DNA from: a virus
Lineage: Duplodnaviria > Caudoviricetes
Reading direction: 5' to 3' (one strand)
DNA length: 39,167 nt
Virus record (IMG/VR): IMGVR_UViG_3300030330_006510
Coordinates: 1-39,167 of that record
The notes beneath the pieces were generated by a model, which saw nothing but the letters and a program-made list of their open reading frames with translations, was not told the DNA's origin and did not search any database. Made by a program: the position numbers and the translations under genes. Positions 17,601 through 26,688 of the stretch are shown here, piece after piece. Numbering within the stretch: position 1 is the first letter of the stretch; each line of letters opens with the position of its first letter.

Positions 17601-20600
17601 TGACATGTCCGCTGGCTCTTTACAGGGTATAGTTGCGGCGGATGCAACAATTACTACTACAGGTAATCCTGGCAACAACGAAACCTTCACTCTTACAGAT
17701 GCCGCTGGATTAGCAGTTGGCTTTATTTTTAAAACTAGTGTCACGACCGTAGATGGCACTAAAGATGGAGACAATGTAATTATCGGCGTTAATGGTGCCT
17801 CAGGTTCCCCAGCGGCTGTAGGTGATAGAATCAGGGCAGCCATCAATGCATCCGATCTTGCAATGTCTGCCACAGAAACTGCCCCCGGCGCCATGACTCT
17901 TACACAGAGCGGTAGGGGAACCACTGGCAACACCACCATCGATATGTCTGGTGTTGCGACCACCACTGCAACCAGTTTTACAGGCGGAAGGGATTCATAT
18001 GAATCATCTTATCAAGGGAAGTTGTTAAGTAATATAAACCTTAGACAGCATACAGGTCGAGGAGAATTTTTCCTGAATAGTTACGACCCAGTTATAAAGC
18101 AATATGTTGAAGCTAGCCAAAAGCAAGTCCCAGAATATGTTGCTAGTACTGATATGATAAGCATAGAAGATTCGGATGTACAGGTTTTTCAACCGACGAT
18201 GCGTCCATCTAACTTTTATTATTCTTTAGAAAAAAGCATGTATCAAAGTATTTCTAGAAAAATGTTAGATATGTTTGCATCTATTGATGATTTTAATAAT
18301 TTAATAGGCGACCCTGTTAACACTTTTAGGCCAAATTATAAGTCAATGGAAAAAATGAGAGAAATATTTTTCCGTAAAGTTAGTAACACTCCAGATTTAG
18401 AAAAATATATTAAATATTATAAATGGATAGATTCTTCAATAGGACAAGTAGTACAGCAATTATTTCCTGCGTCCTCAAAACACTCAGAGGAATTAAGAAC
18501 TGTAGTTGAAAGTCATGTGTTAGAGAGAAATAAACATAAATATAGCTATCTTGGTAATAGGCAAGAAATGTTGTCTTTGGTGGATGATGGGATAGAGTCT
18601 CTCGTTGGCGGTGATCTTGGATACTCTAATAATAGCTCAAGTGCCCAAACTATTAGAGAAGAAAGAAGAAAAGGGTTAGATAAATCTGTTAGCTTAACAA
18701 GTTTTAGTCCAACTAATCAATTAGCCCCACAGTTTAAATTCTTGACTCCACCACTAGGAAATCTAGAAAAAGATAATACCGGTTTCTGGAGATACTCCGC
18801 AGATATTAATGACCCCGCCTCGCCTTTGTCGGCATCTAACAATATTAACGCCGATAGAATAAAAATACGAAATGCGGCAAGAAGCGAGGCACTTAGGGCT
18901 AAGACTGTTAACATATCTGGGTTTTATGGACAAGAAAAAACAGACAACAGAAGTTTGATTCAAAGAGAGTCAAAAGCTGCAAAACAAAACAATGTCTTCA
19001 ATATTATTACAGATAATTATGAATCATTGGAAAACAACGAAGATCTAAAAAAAGTATTTCCAAGTCAAAAAAGAAAAGTTCCTTTTAGAGCAAACGCATA
19101 TAATGGAGCAGACAACAGTGGCGATCTTATAGCACCTTTTAGTGTTTATGATGTTAGTGGGTCAGAAATAGTTGCTGGCTATATCACTCAATTACAAACT
19201 GCAACAACTAAAAATATTAATATAACCAATTTTCATGAAGATATTCCTGCTAGCTATCATAATGGTATGCCACTACAGGGACCATTTACTAAGCAACATG
19301 TCGGTGGGCTAATTGGTAGAAATGTTCCCGCTTTGCGTAAAAATATTTTGGCGCAAAATGTAAACAGATCAGAGGTCTTTTCTACGACTGTCATAAATCA
19401 GACCAGTTCTGTGGCATCAATCGTTCTCGATTCTGGAATTTCTAATCCTGCGACCGAACTTAACGACAAAACAATAACTTTAACTCTTGGTGGGGTTAGT
19501 TATTCTGCTGCTTTTAAGGGCGCAGTTAATGGATCTTCAACATCAAAAACTATCATTGGTGTTGCGGACGCTTTTGACGCTGATGACGCAGCAACGAATT
19601 TAGTAACAAGTTTGAATCTAGCTGCAACGGCTGATGGGTTGCCTTTGGTAGCTTCTATTAGCCTTGCTGGTGCAAATGTGATTACTGTATTCGGGACCAA
19701 TACCGGGACCAGAGATAATAGTACATCTTTCGCCGGCTCAGCGTTTACTGGGGGCTCGCCCAAAGCAACTACTTCTGCCTTCGCCAATGGGAGTTCGTTC
19801 AGCATAAATTTAGCAACACATAAAACTGGAGACATACCAAAGGGTCATTATACTCGTAATAACATGGCAAAATCTCCGGTTAACATTGTAAATATAAAAT
19901 CTTCAACCGGAAGTTTAGCTGCTGCAAATAATTCAGACAAAGGTATACAGTTGATTGGTAATTTTGACCAAAACTATGAGGTTGTGCATGGTTTTGGTCG
20001 TGAAAATGCAAACATCGATTTTATTTTTAACAATCGATTTTACACAGCTAGCAACCCAAGTGCTTTCTTAACTACGGCAGAGAGAAGAGAACAGGGTCTT
20101 AGTGGTTCCGCTGATTACTCTGCACCAAGACAAAGGGCAACAAAAAGAATTGGTAAAAGTATTATTGCTAGTAGGTTTGCGTCACCAGGTGGCAAAGAGG
20201 ATTCAAAACAGCAATTTAGAGATATTGCAACAGATCAATTTTCCCCAAACAACGCTCTCCCATTTAGAAATATTTTTACCAGACGGGTCTTTAACTCACA
20301 ATCAATGACCTTTACTGGTTGGGGCGGATTTAGGAATTCAGATGTAATTGGTATTTTACCAGCACCAACTATAATGGATCCTTTTATGGGGACAGATAAT
20401 AACCAAGGGCCAAACGCACTTACAGAACTAAACCAAGGGTCAGGGTCATTTGCAGCAATACATAAAACACAAAGAAACCAGACCTCTAGATTTCAAATCT
20501 TAGCGAATTATCCAAATCACCTCCCTAATGTGGATGGCGGAGGTGATCCTGCAACAGATAATGGGGATGAGTTTAGAACATATAATACAGCCTCAAAGCA

Positions 20601-23600
20601 TGATAATGACTATGTTCAGAGGCCGATACCTGCTGCTGATAGAATAAAGTGGTTTACTTTTTTAACAGGTGCTAATTTTACAAGAAATATTAATCAAGCC
20701 GGTGCCGGACTGAAAGACCAAGAAGTTGAGTGGACATTATCAGGCTCAAAATTCCCAGAGTCCATAACTATTATTAAAACGGATTATGCTAATACTAGTT
20801 CGCAAGATTTGACTAATAACTTACTTGGCTCATTTAGTTCTAATAACAGCAAAAGATATGATGCCATATCTAAGATCAATCCCCAGAGAACCACTTCTGT
20901 AATATATAATTATGATCCTTTTTACTCAAGAATTCAACCACCTGCGCCTTGGACTCAAACCAGAGTCGGTCAAACCACGATAGGGTCTTTTCATAGAAGA
21001 CAGAATTTGTATGAAATACCACCAAAATCTGTTATTGCAGCCAAAGTTGACGGTATAAAAGATGCATCAAAAGAAAAAGAAATTTTTTCATCTGTAGTAA
21101 GGTCAGATATTGACCGTGGATTTTATAGCTCTGTTTCTTTGGGATTTTCTCCTGGTAATCTTGTTAATAGAAACATAGAGTTTAGACACTATAAAAGATT
21201 TAAGGAGCCCCCTGTAACTTCGAGGTATAAGCCTCTTGTCCATGTTATTGAGACACCTCTAGGAACTCCCGAGGACCTCAACAAAGAGGCTGTCACTGTT
21301 GATATTAAATACTCTTATGGCAATATTTTACAGGGTTTTGCAAATAGAGATTTAAATAAAGAAATACAAGGATCAAGAAGATATTCTTTAGGTCAAATAA
21401 AAAGACCATACGAAGTTATTTTAGACTATCGAAGAGATGGTGTTGAAGAATCAATCTCTGGGATAAATGAAATAAAATCTCTTGTATATGAGGAGTCAAT
21501 TTTCCCCAAAGAAATCTATACTTACCTCTCAGGAACTAGAGCAAGGCTATCTTTTACGAATCAAAATTTTTGGCGCAATGATCATGTAACAGGATCTCAG
21601 AATATATCAACAGTTGTCGCAGCGCTTCTAGTTGGCGGCAAAGATGTGTCCGAAGCACTTACTTTTGAAAATCTTAAGAGAAACAACAGACAATCATCAA
21701 GAATGAAAGATAATTTTATAACCTCTCAGGGCACACTCATGATGAAGACAATGCAGCTTCCCTTTGAAAAAGGTGCGGAGGATTATGAGGCTTCAGATGG
21801 TGATGTATTGGGGTCTGGTTCTGTGTGGCCATTAGATTCGTTTATGTACTCAGATTATATGTTGACTGCTTTGACTGGTGGTGACGGCGCTGGCGAGCAA
21901 AGATTTGCCACTAATATGGCAAGCACTCTACCGGCTGGCGAACTTATGATGGTTCATTATGGAAGAGCATTTATGGGAGCAGCACCTCCAGCGTCTGGAT
22001 CAAGCACTACTAGCGATGTTTGGACGAGTTCTAGTGTTAATTCAGCCCAATATGTTTATATACAGCCTTGTGTTTTTTCTGGTACTTTTGTATCATCAGG
22101 CGGCACATCTAGAGATATAAGAGTCACGGCATCGTATCCGGGTTGTCCCGCACTAGCACTACCACCTTGGACCGCAGGGACACGAAGAAGATTTGTTGAT
22201 GGGATTAACAAAGGTCAAATAGCACCGGAAGGATATCCTTTTTATGACGATTATGATACCTGGAAAAAAGAAATACGAGCCATAGCAAAAGATTATGCAA
22301 TTGTACCAGAATTTAGAATTAGTGAAAATCTTGAAGAATACAAGCAAAGAGGTTCTGTATTATCATTTGTTTCGTCCTCACTTGAATTGACTGGTGCATC
22401 AGATTCAAATTTTGACACCACCAATACAGAGTTTTTAGAAAGATATTCCACAACAGATGTTATGGAATATCTAAACCCATTTATGCAAGAAGGCAGTTAT
22501 GATTTAGAAAACAACAAACACCCAAGACACTTGTCTCTGAAGTCAAATGCTGTTCTAAAACTTTTGCCCTATGATGGGTTTTATCCTGTTCTTCGAACGG
22601 TTCAGATAGCTCAGTTATTCTCTCAATCATATGGACCACACGCAGTTTATGGCGGTGAGTCTGCAAGTCACCCTGCAAGATGGAGAACTCTTCTCAGACC
22701 ATTTTTTGCTCCTGGTCTTTTATATAACTCAATTAAGGGTGGTATAGCAGTTAGTCATCCTGTGAGAAGATATTTAGGAAAAACTGCTTTTAATGATGAA
22801 ATTTCACAAGACAGTCAATACATTTCAGTCCGCATCGATGTGGATGGCGAAGGAACTGCTGACAAGTCGTTTGAGCCTTTGGCTGGTTGCCTGAGTGGGT
22901 CTCAAATCTCCGACCTTTCGAACCTTCCTGGCGGAAGAAGAAGGAGAAGAGAGGGTCCTAATGGAAACTATGATTTTACAATTTCTGGTGTGGAAAAAGC
23001 ATTTTGGGCTGATTCAATTCCTTTTGAGGGGTTACTTAACCCATTAGATCATATTGGTCAAAGCAAAGAAGCATTGTTAACACACGATATAAATGTTTAC
23101 TTAAGACATTTTGTGTCAGCGTCCGTGGGAACGAATGCAGCCGGTGCGGATAATCTCTATAGATTGGCTATGTCAAACTTTTTGGCTGCAACACCAGAAT
23201 TTTTTCTGAAAAAGAAAAAAGAGGGTGGGTTTATGACCAAAATTGTTGCGGAACTTCCAGCGAGAAATGATTCGGCTTCGCCAAAGGGAAATGCACCCAC
23301 CTCAGATACAGATCCAAGGACTGTTTTTGTTGATAAAAAGAAAGCTTATTTGATGGAGATTGTTATACGAAAAACAGATGGGTTTAACATGTATAATAAC
23401 CCAGCAGCTTTTGGCATCCCAACTGCAACAGGGACAGGGGACTGGAATCTGGGCACTGCGCCTACAATAGATGGGCGTTCCTTTGGTAACGTCCCTATAG
23501 GTAAATCATGGCCGCAACACCGAGGAGAGTTTGCACCATTCACACCTCCATATTATTACGGTCCAAGCATTGCAAGGCTTACTTACTTCCCAGACGAATC

Positions 23601-25659
23601 AAAAAATGTAACATTGGATGAAATTTTAAATGGATCAGAGTTATATATTGAATATGTCAATGAGGATGGGTTTCACTATAATTTTTCAAGCGGATCATTT
23701 GCACTGCCAAATGGCAAAATAGTGCATACAACAGGTTCGACTGATCTAATTGATTTTGGTGCCAATGTAGCTTGGTTTAACAGGATGGATATAGATGAGA
23801 GTGTGGTAATTGATAACAGCTATCCAACTGACTTTGGAGCAGAATTCTCGCCGGCGAATAAAAATAGGTGGGTTATTATGCCTAAGTGGGAGTGCCCAGT
23901 TTTAGATTTCCCGAGACATGACCAGACATCAAGCATAAGTGGTCCAGATTTTACAGGGAGATATAACTTTTCATCCTCTGTAGATATGCAGTTGTTCTCA
24001 ACTAGTTCTGCCACTAAAGGAATGTGGCATCAATATGGCGTTATGCCCGATGAAGGTCAAGGAATTTATCTTTACATTTCAGATATAGACGATAAAGCGA
24101 CTGAGTTTAGAATGGCAAACGATGATCCGACCCGGAACTTTTCTTCATCAAATTCATATAGACTTATGAAAGTATTAAAATTGCCAGTTTTTGTTAAAGA
24201 GTCTAAGAGAGACATAGAATCTTTAGCAAAGCTCGTTGGGTTTAGTGAAAAGGACATTATGCCAGCGGGGCAGTTTTTACCAGACAAGGCAAAACGACTT
24301 GGAGAATTAGCAGGAGATGGTGAAAAAATATTATCAGAAGCCATTTTAGCAATACCTTACTATTATGATACTGACTCACAAAGTGTATCTTTTGTAAACC
24401 TTCAAGCCGATGCAAATAAGCTAGGACCAAAAATAAAAGAATTTAGAAGGGTGTTTTCAAATTACTCTTTGCCTCCTGCATTGCGAAAAGCACTGCGTGG
24501 ACTTTTGCCTCCTGATTATCCAAATATTCCTAATTTTATTAATCCGTTTGGTGAGGATGAGTTAGATGAAGTCCTAACGGGAACAGATCTAGCGAAAGTT
24601 CCGGTTGTTTATTTATTAGAACATAAAGTTTCTTTATCAAGACAAGATTTAGCAGACATATGGCAGGGTATTATGCCTGATGTTGGAAGAGGTGCAGAAC
24701 TTTCTGTTTCCTCTATAGATCATTACATGCCTGGAAAGGCTACTATAGCAGGTAAAAGACCAATATTCGATGAAGTGTTACAAAAACAGATTGATCTGGG
24801 TATAGAAAGAGATGGGTTTCCAAGAGTTGATTTATTGGACACAACTCCGTTCCCAAATAAAAATGGATTCACACCAGATATTAGGTGGCTAGTCTTTAAA
24901 GTTAAAAAGCGAGGTAAAACAAACTACACCTCAATGATTCTAAGTGAAATTAATGGTGGTGATGACAAAACTTCTTTTTCTTCAATCTATGGTTATTTAG
25001 CTGATGGATTACCAAGCGCACAAAAAGAAGAACTTCTGAAGAGAAAAGATGAGTTTACTAAAGGGCTTTACCACTCTGATATTTTGGGACAAGGCAGAAA
25101 CACCTTTAATTGGCCTTACGATTATTTTTCTCTTGTTGAGATGACTAAGTTAACTGCTAAAGTTGGCTTTCGACCGGATCTAGAAAACGCAGAAGTTGGT
25201 GAAGACGCCCAAGAAACACTTCGTAAAAAAGCGGCTTCAAAAATAGCAAAATCTTTAAAACTAGACCCAAATATGATCGGCAGACAAAAGAACATAGGAA
25301 CACCATCGTCATCAACAAAAGCTTCCACACCAGTTGAAGATGTAGTTATTGACCAAGCAACAGCTACAGCGGTAAGTGATTCTGTTAATATTGCAGGAAA
25401 TATAACTCAAGCTGGATTTGCTGCTCCTCCTTTTGCAGCACCGCAGGTTACTTTGTCTCAAGATGCCTTAGCAAATGTTCAAATAAACCGTAGTGCTATT
25501 GCTAGTAATGTAGCTGGTCAAACATCTACATTGTCAAATGTTAGTATTAACAGAGCGAGAGTATCTAGCGGGACTAGATTTACTGGCGGTGGCGGCGGTG
25601 GATTTACTGGCGGTGGCGGCGGTGGATTTACTGGCGGTGGCGGCGGTGGTGGCTATTAA
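14683..25659 (+). CDS. Giant baseplate protein (3658 aa) with two LamG/ConA-like domains and a gpI/gp7-like wedge motif
   Basis: LamG-like TVEFFLK...FHHYAFVF...FYMDG...IDEFRFWKTART...LGVYYRFNEG, and a second degenerate copy (KWNLSLTI...FYLGA...SSLRVWS...LALNWDF). YIYKSKGNEKSIRNLVRCYG at about 16423-16515 resembles the KGT..S/AI wedge motif. ATGA coupling. Confidence 0.7.
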   Translation: MSVKKLFEKNKKGKSASKYLKKSSSTSVDPRIESAGHLSESIEREKYFIPPVDYSKPENFARYGSAEKYYTAAFDYIVDNFPYDGSSLEKTKFYNSLSPLEKYTMQHIYPKETGFVKFGVNYGTPSNVAGNPSGYYSSSLDFIQALGGPHSGTLYSSGSNKESNLKFGGLSGSTVEFFLKKDQLIPNDNSQSRKQVIFDLTNGGVSGSTDYGRLRIELTSSNQDRFLVTLISGTTGFVTQSVPTTGGLAIASGSFHHYAFVFNTSGSAPSIDFYMDGICHQTNITASGYGGHPLAGNVPSAGGVKSGSMGEIEGTFIASIGSLQAPVTGATGTTPDKGWGKLSASIDEFRFWKTARTGKEIGSNWFADVDGGADVDDIDFNLGVYYRFNEGSTGTSSIDKVYLDYAGRLSNATHVGYNSSNSRQTGSAINELNISDIFENASPVVRAGNLNFQNIKSNLALSGTQYDYRNTSYMVNTLPSWILEEDESIGGELRNLNQILGSYFDTLYNQITQLRQVKDLRYLSGTLTGSSNEFPHNDRILENYGLEIPELFANATVLERYFNRSEDKNFELTIENIKNTIYKNIYNNLSYIYKSKGNEKSIRNLVRCYGIDDNVIALNVYANEFSYTLEENYKQISSNKKYADFSGLTKATSSAATCYQFYDSSNPNSHGSITGSDGILASLGLTAQAEFIFPNRQSFDESNVTSVSQSFYVSSSLFGWHTPSSGTHVTDTGMHAQTWADENPVTAGVSDKGFQVYAVKTKAAYSEITDDPKKVKDVRFIVKDRFDNTIITSAVFQNVYDNQKWNLSLTISPDKYPFSGAIAGISPANTGALGSYKIALYGVNYDSGIKRNSFHEIQNLAYQTGSQSLALDKKFYLGAHRTNFTGALLTDSDVRASSLRVWSTILPTGTIDLHAREVDSHGTLHPFRQAYEFVSSSEGSYPDLFIPEIETLALNWDFSNVTGSDSTGRFIVADMSAGSLQGIVAADATITTTGNPGNNETFTLTDAAGLAVGFIFKTSVTTVDGTKDGDNVIIGVNGASGSPAAVGDRIRAAINASDLAMSATETAPGAMTLTQSGRGTTGNTTIDMSGVATTTATSFTGGRDSYESSYQGKLLSNINLRQHTGRGEFFLNSYDPVIKQYVEASQKQVPEYVASTDMISIEDSDVQVFQPTMRPSNFYYSLEKSMYQSISRKMLDMFASIDDFNNLIGDPVNTFRPNYKSMEKMREIFFRKVSNTPDLEKYIKYYKWIDSSIGQVVQQLFPASSKHSEELRTVVESHVLERNKHKYSYLGNRQEMLSLVDDGIESLVGGDLGYSNNSSSAQTIREERRKGLDKSVSLTSFSPTNQLAPQFKFLTPPLGNLEKDNTGFWRYSADINDPASPLSASNNINADRIKIRNAARSEALRAKTVNISGFYGQEKTDNRSLIQRESKAAKQNNVFNIITDNYESLENNEDLKKVFPSQKRKVPFRANAYNGADNSGDLIAPFSVYDVSGSEIVAGYITQLQTATTKNINITNFHEDIPASYHNGMPLQGPFTKQHVGGLIGRNVPALRKNILAQNVNRSEVFSTTVINQTSSVASIVLDSGISNPATELNDKTITLTLGGVSYSAAFKGAVNGSSTSKTIIGVADAFDADDAATNLVTSLNLAATADGLPLVASISLAGANVITVFGTNTGTRDNSTSFAGSAFTGGSPKATTSAFANGSSFSINLATHKTGDIPKGHYTRNNMAKSPVNIVNIKSSTGSLAAANNSDKGIQLIGNFDQNYEVVHGFGRENANIDFIFNNRFYTASNPSAFLTTAERREQGLSGSADYSAPRQRATKRIGKSIIASRFASPGGKEDSKQQFRDIATDQFSPNNALPFRNIFTRRVFNSQSMTFTGWGGFRNSDVIGILPAPTIMDPFMGTDNNQGPNALTELNQGSGSFAAIHKTQRNQTSRFQILANYPNHLPNVDGGGDPATDNGDEFRTYNTASKHDNDYVQRPIPAADRIKWFTFLTGANFTRNINQAGAGLKDQEVEWTLSGSKFPESITIIKTDYANTSSQDLTNNLLGSFSSNNSKRYDAISKINPQRTTSVIYNYDPFYSRIQPPAPWTQTRVGQTTIGSFHRRQNLYEIPPKSVIAAKVDGIKDASKEKEIFSSVVRSDIDRGFYSSVSLGFSPGNLVNRNIEFRHYKRFKEPPVTSRYKPLVHVIETPLGTPEDLNKEAVTVDIKYSYGNILQGFANRDLNKEIQGSRRYSLGQIKRPYEVILDYRRDGVEESISGINEIKSLVYEESIFPKEIYTYLSGTRARLSFTNQNFWRNDHVTGSQNISTVVAALLVGGKDVSEALTFENLKRNNRQSSRMKDNFITSQGTLMMKTMQLPFEKGAEDYEASDGDVLGSGSVWPLDSFMYSDYMLTALTGGDGAGEQRFATNMASTLPAGELMMVHYGRAFMGAAPPASGSSTTSDVWTSSSVNSAQYVYIQPCVFSGTFVSSGGTSRDIRVTASYPGCPALALPPWTAGTRRRFVDGINKGQIAPEGYPFYDDYDTWKKEIRAIAKDYAIVPEFRISENLEEYKQRGSVLSFVSSSLELTGASDSNFDTTNTEFLERYSTTDVMEYLNPFMQEGSYDLENNKHPRHLSLKSNAVLKLLPYDGFYPVLRTVQIAQLFSQSYGPHAVYGGESASHPARWRTLLRPFFAPGLLYNSIKGGIAVSHPVRRYLGKTAFNDEISQDSQYISVRIDVDGEGTADKSFEPLAGCLSGSQISDLSNLPGGRRRRREGPNGNYDFTISGVEKAFWADSIPFEGLLNPLDHIGQSKEALLTHDINVYLRHFVSASVGTNAAGADNLYRLAMSNFLAATPEFFLKKKKEGGFMTKIVAELPARNDSASPKGNAPTSDTDPRTVFVDKKKAYLMEIVIRKTDGFNMYNNPAAFGIPTATGTGDWNLGTAPTIDGRSFGNVPIGKSWPQHRGEFAPFTPPYYYGPSIARLTYFPDESKNVTLDEILNGSELYIEYVNEDGFHYNFSSGSFALPNGKIVHTTGSTDLIDFGANVAWFNRMDIDESVVIDNSYPTDFGAEFSPANKNRWVIMPKWECPVLDFPRHDQTSSISGPDFTGRYNFSSSVDMQLFSTSSATKGMWHQYGVMPDEGQGIYLYISDIDDKATEFRMANDDPTRNFSSSNSYRLMKVLKLPVFVKESKRDIESLAKLVGFSEKDIMPAGQFLPDKAKRLGELAGDGEKILSEAILAIPYYYDTDSQSVSFVNLQADANKLGPKIKEFRRVFSNYSLPPALRKALRGLLPPDYPNIPNFINPFGEDELDEVLTGTDLAKVPVVYLLEHKVSLSRQDLADIWQGIMPDVGRGAELSVSSIDHYMPGKATIAGKRPIFDEVLQKQIDLGIERDGFPRVDLLDTTPFPNKNGFTPDIRWLVFKVKKRGKTNYTSMILSEINGGDDKTSFSSIYGYLADGLPSAQKEELLKRKDEFTKGLYHSDILGQGRNTFNWPYDYFSLVEMTKLTAKVGFRPDLENAEVGEDAQETLRKKAASKIAKSLKLDPNMIGRQKNIGTPSSSTKASTPVEDVVIDQATATAVSDSVNIAGNITQAGFAAPPFAAPQVTLSQDALANVQINRSAIASNVAGQTSTLSNVSINRARVSSGTRFTGGGGGGFTGGGGGGFTGGGGGGGY
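25579..25650 (+). repeat. Tandem repeat, 3 x 24 bp (TTTACTGGCGGTGGCGGCGGTGGA), encoding (FTGGGGGG)3
   Basis: Read directly: units at 25579, 25603 and 25627; only the last base of unit 3 differs. Confidence 0.97.
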
Positions 25660-25684
25660 TAAAAGGTAATAATTTTATTGTAGA

Positions 25685-25692
25685 GTATTTAT
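25685..25692 (+). promoter_or_regulatory. Candidate late-promoter motif GTATTTAT
   Basis: Intergenic, 3 nt before ATG 25696; no Shine-Dalgarno between motif and start. Confidence 0.45.
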
Positions 25693-25695
25693 TGT

Positions 25696-26688
25696 ATGGT
25701 ATTATTTTTAGACAAAAAAGAGCAAGTGATTGAGTTCCAATTAACCAACTACGGGAAGCATTTATTTTCTCAGGGCAAATTGGACCCAAAATTTTACTCC
25801 TTTTATGATGATGATATTCTTTACGATTCAAATTATCAGACAGGGACAATTGATGGATCGGTAACATCTCCTATTTTTTCTGAGCAGCAAAATGCTATAG
25901 TTGATAGAATTAAAGATACACAAAGAATAGGATTAACTACAGACTTTATAGGGTTTTTAACAAATAATCAGATTGGCGAAGTGTCAATTGGAACTTTATC
26001 TAATGAGTTTAATCAATCTAATCAAGGGGCACAGGGAAACGGACCTTTTACTTCAGATGGCGAACAACAACCTAGAGGTAATCCCATTTATATGGAGAAG
26101 TTTCAAAAACCCATAGGATCGAATGACCCTTTTAAGGACTTTGCCCCGGCTTGGTCTGTTAGGTCTATCTCTGGTAGTAAACAATTATCTGGAGATTATA
26201 GTTATTCCATAGGGGGTATGCCAAAATTAACTGCTAGTTTGGATTTGCAATATTTAACGAGACAAGAAGAGGCATTTGATGATGAATCAGGAGAACCAGT
26301 TCAAAGAGATGTGTTTAGTCTCATAAAGAATGAAAGATTAATTTTAGATGTCGAGGAATTAAATTCAGTATTTAAAGAGCGTGGTAATTTTGATATTGAG
26401 GTTTATAAATTATCGTCCGGCGGGGATGAAAAAGCAGAAAAATTACATTTTATTAATGACTTATCTCCAGCAGCTAGTGACCTAAAAATTCAAACTGATT
26501 TTTATTCTTTTGCAGATCAAATTTTTGGCACGGAAGAAGAGATAGAAGATTACTTTGCAACCTTAGACAGTAGTTATGTTGAATATTATTTATCAATAAG
26601 AGTAGATGACGAAATAGATGAGCCTTTACCATTAGGAGGTAGCTTATATTCTACCAGGAGATCTACACCGCCAGAGGATCCTTGCTAA
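25696..26688 (+). CDS. Baseplate/tail structural protein (330 aa); N-terminus paralogous to 34045..35082
   Basis: FLD...LTNYGK...G...DDDILYD compared with FLD...LTDTGR...G...DDEIDYN. Confidence 0.65.
   Translation: MVLFLDKKEQVIEFQLTNYGKHLFSQGKLDPKFYSFYDDDILYDSNYQTGTIDGSVTSPIFSEQQNAIVDRIKDTQRIGLTTDFIGFLTNNQIGEVSIGTLSNEFNQSNQGAQGNGPFTSDGEQQPRGNPIYMEKFQKPIGSNDPFKDFAPAWSVRSISGSKQLSGDYSYSIGGMPKLTASLDLQYLTRQEEAFDDESGEPVQRDVFSLIKNERLILDVEELNSVFKERGNFDIEVYKLSSGGDEKAEKLHFINDLSPAASDLKIQTDFYSFADQIFGTEEEIEDYFATLDSSYVEYYLSIRVDDEIDEPLPLGGSLYSTRRSTPPEDPC

Noticed and set aside
17502-19835. Antisense ORFs of 154 aa (17502-17966) and 111 aa (19500-19835)
   Set aside because: They coincide with the Thr/Gly/Ala-rich modules, whose codons produce few stops on the reverse strand. 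They are shadows of the + strand gene.
25579-25650. 24-bp direct repeats as a possible CRISPR array or DGR repeat
   Set aside because: The repeats have no spacers, are in frame and encode Gly-rich peptide. No cas or reverse transcriptase gene is in the window.
25657-25680. Inverted repeat TAATAAAA...TTTTATTG after the giant gene as a terminator
   Set aside because: The stem is almost all A/T with no GC core, too weak to call in such AT-rich DNA.
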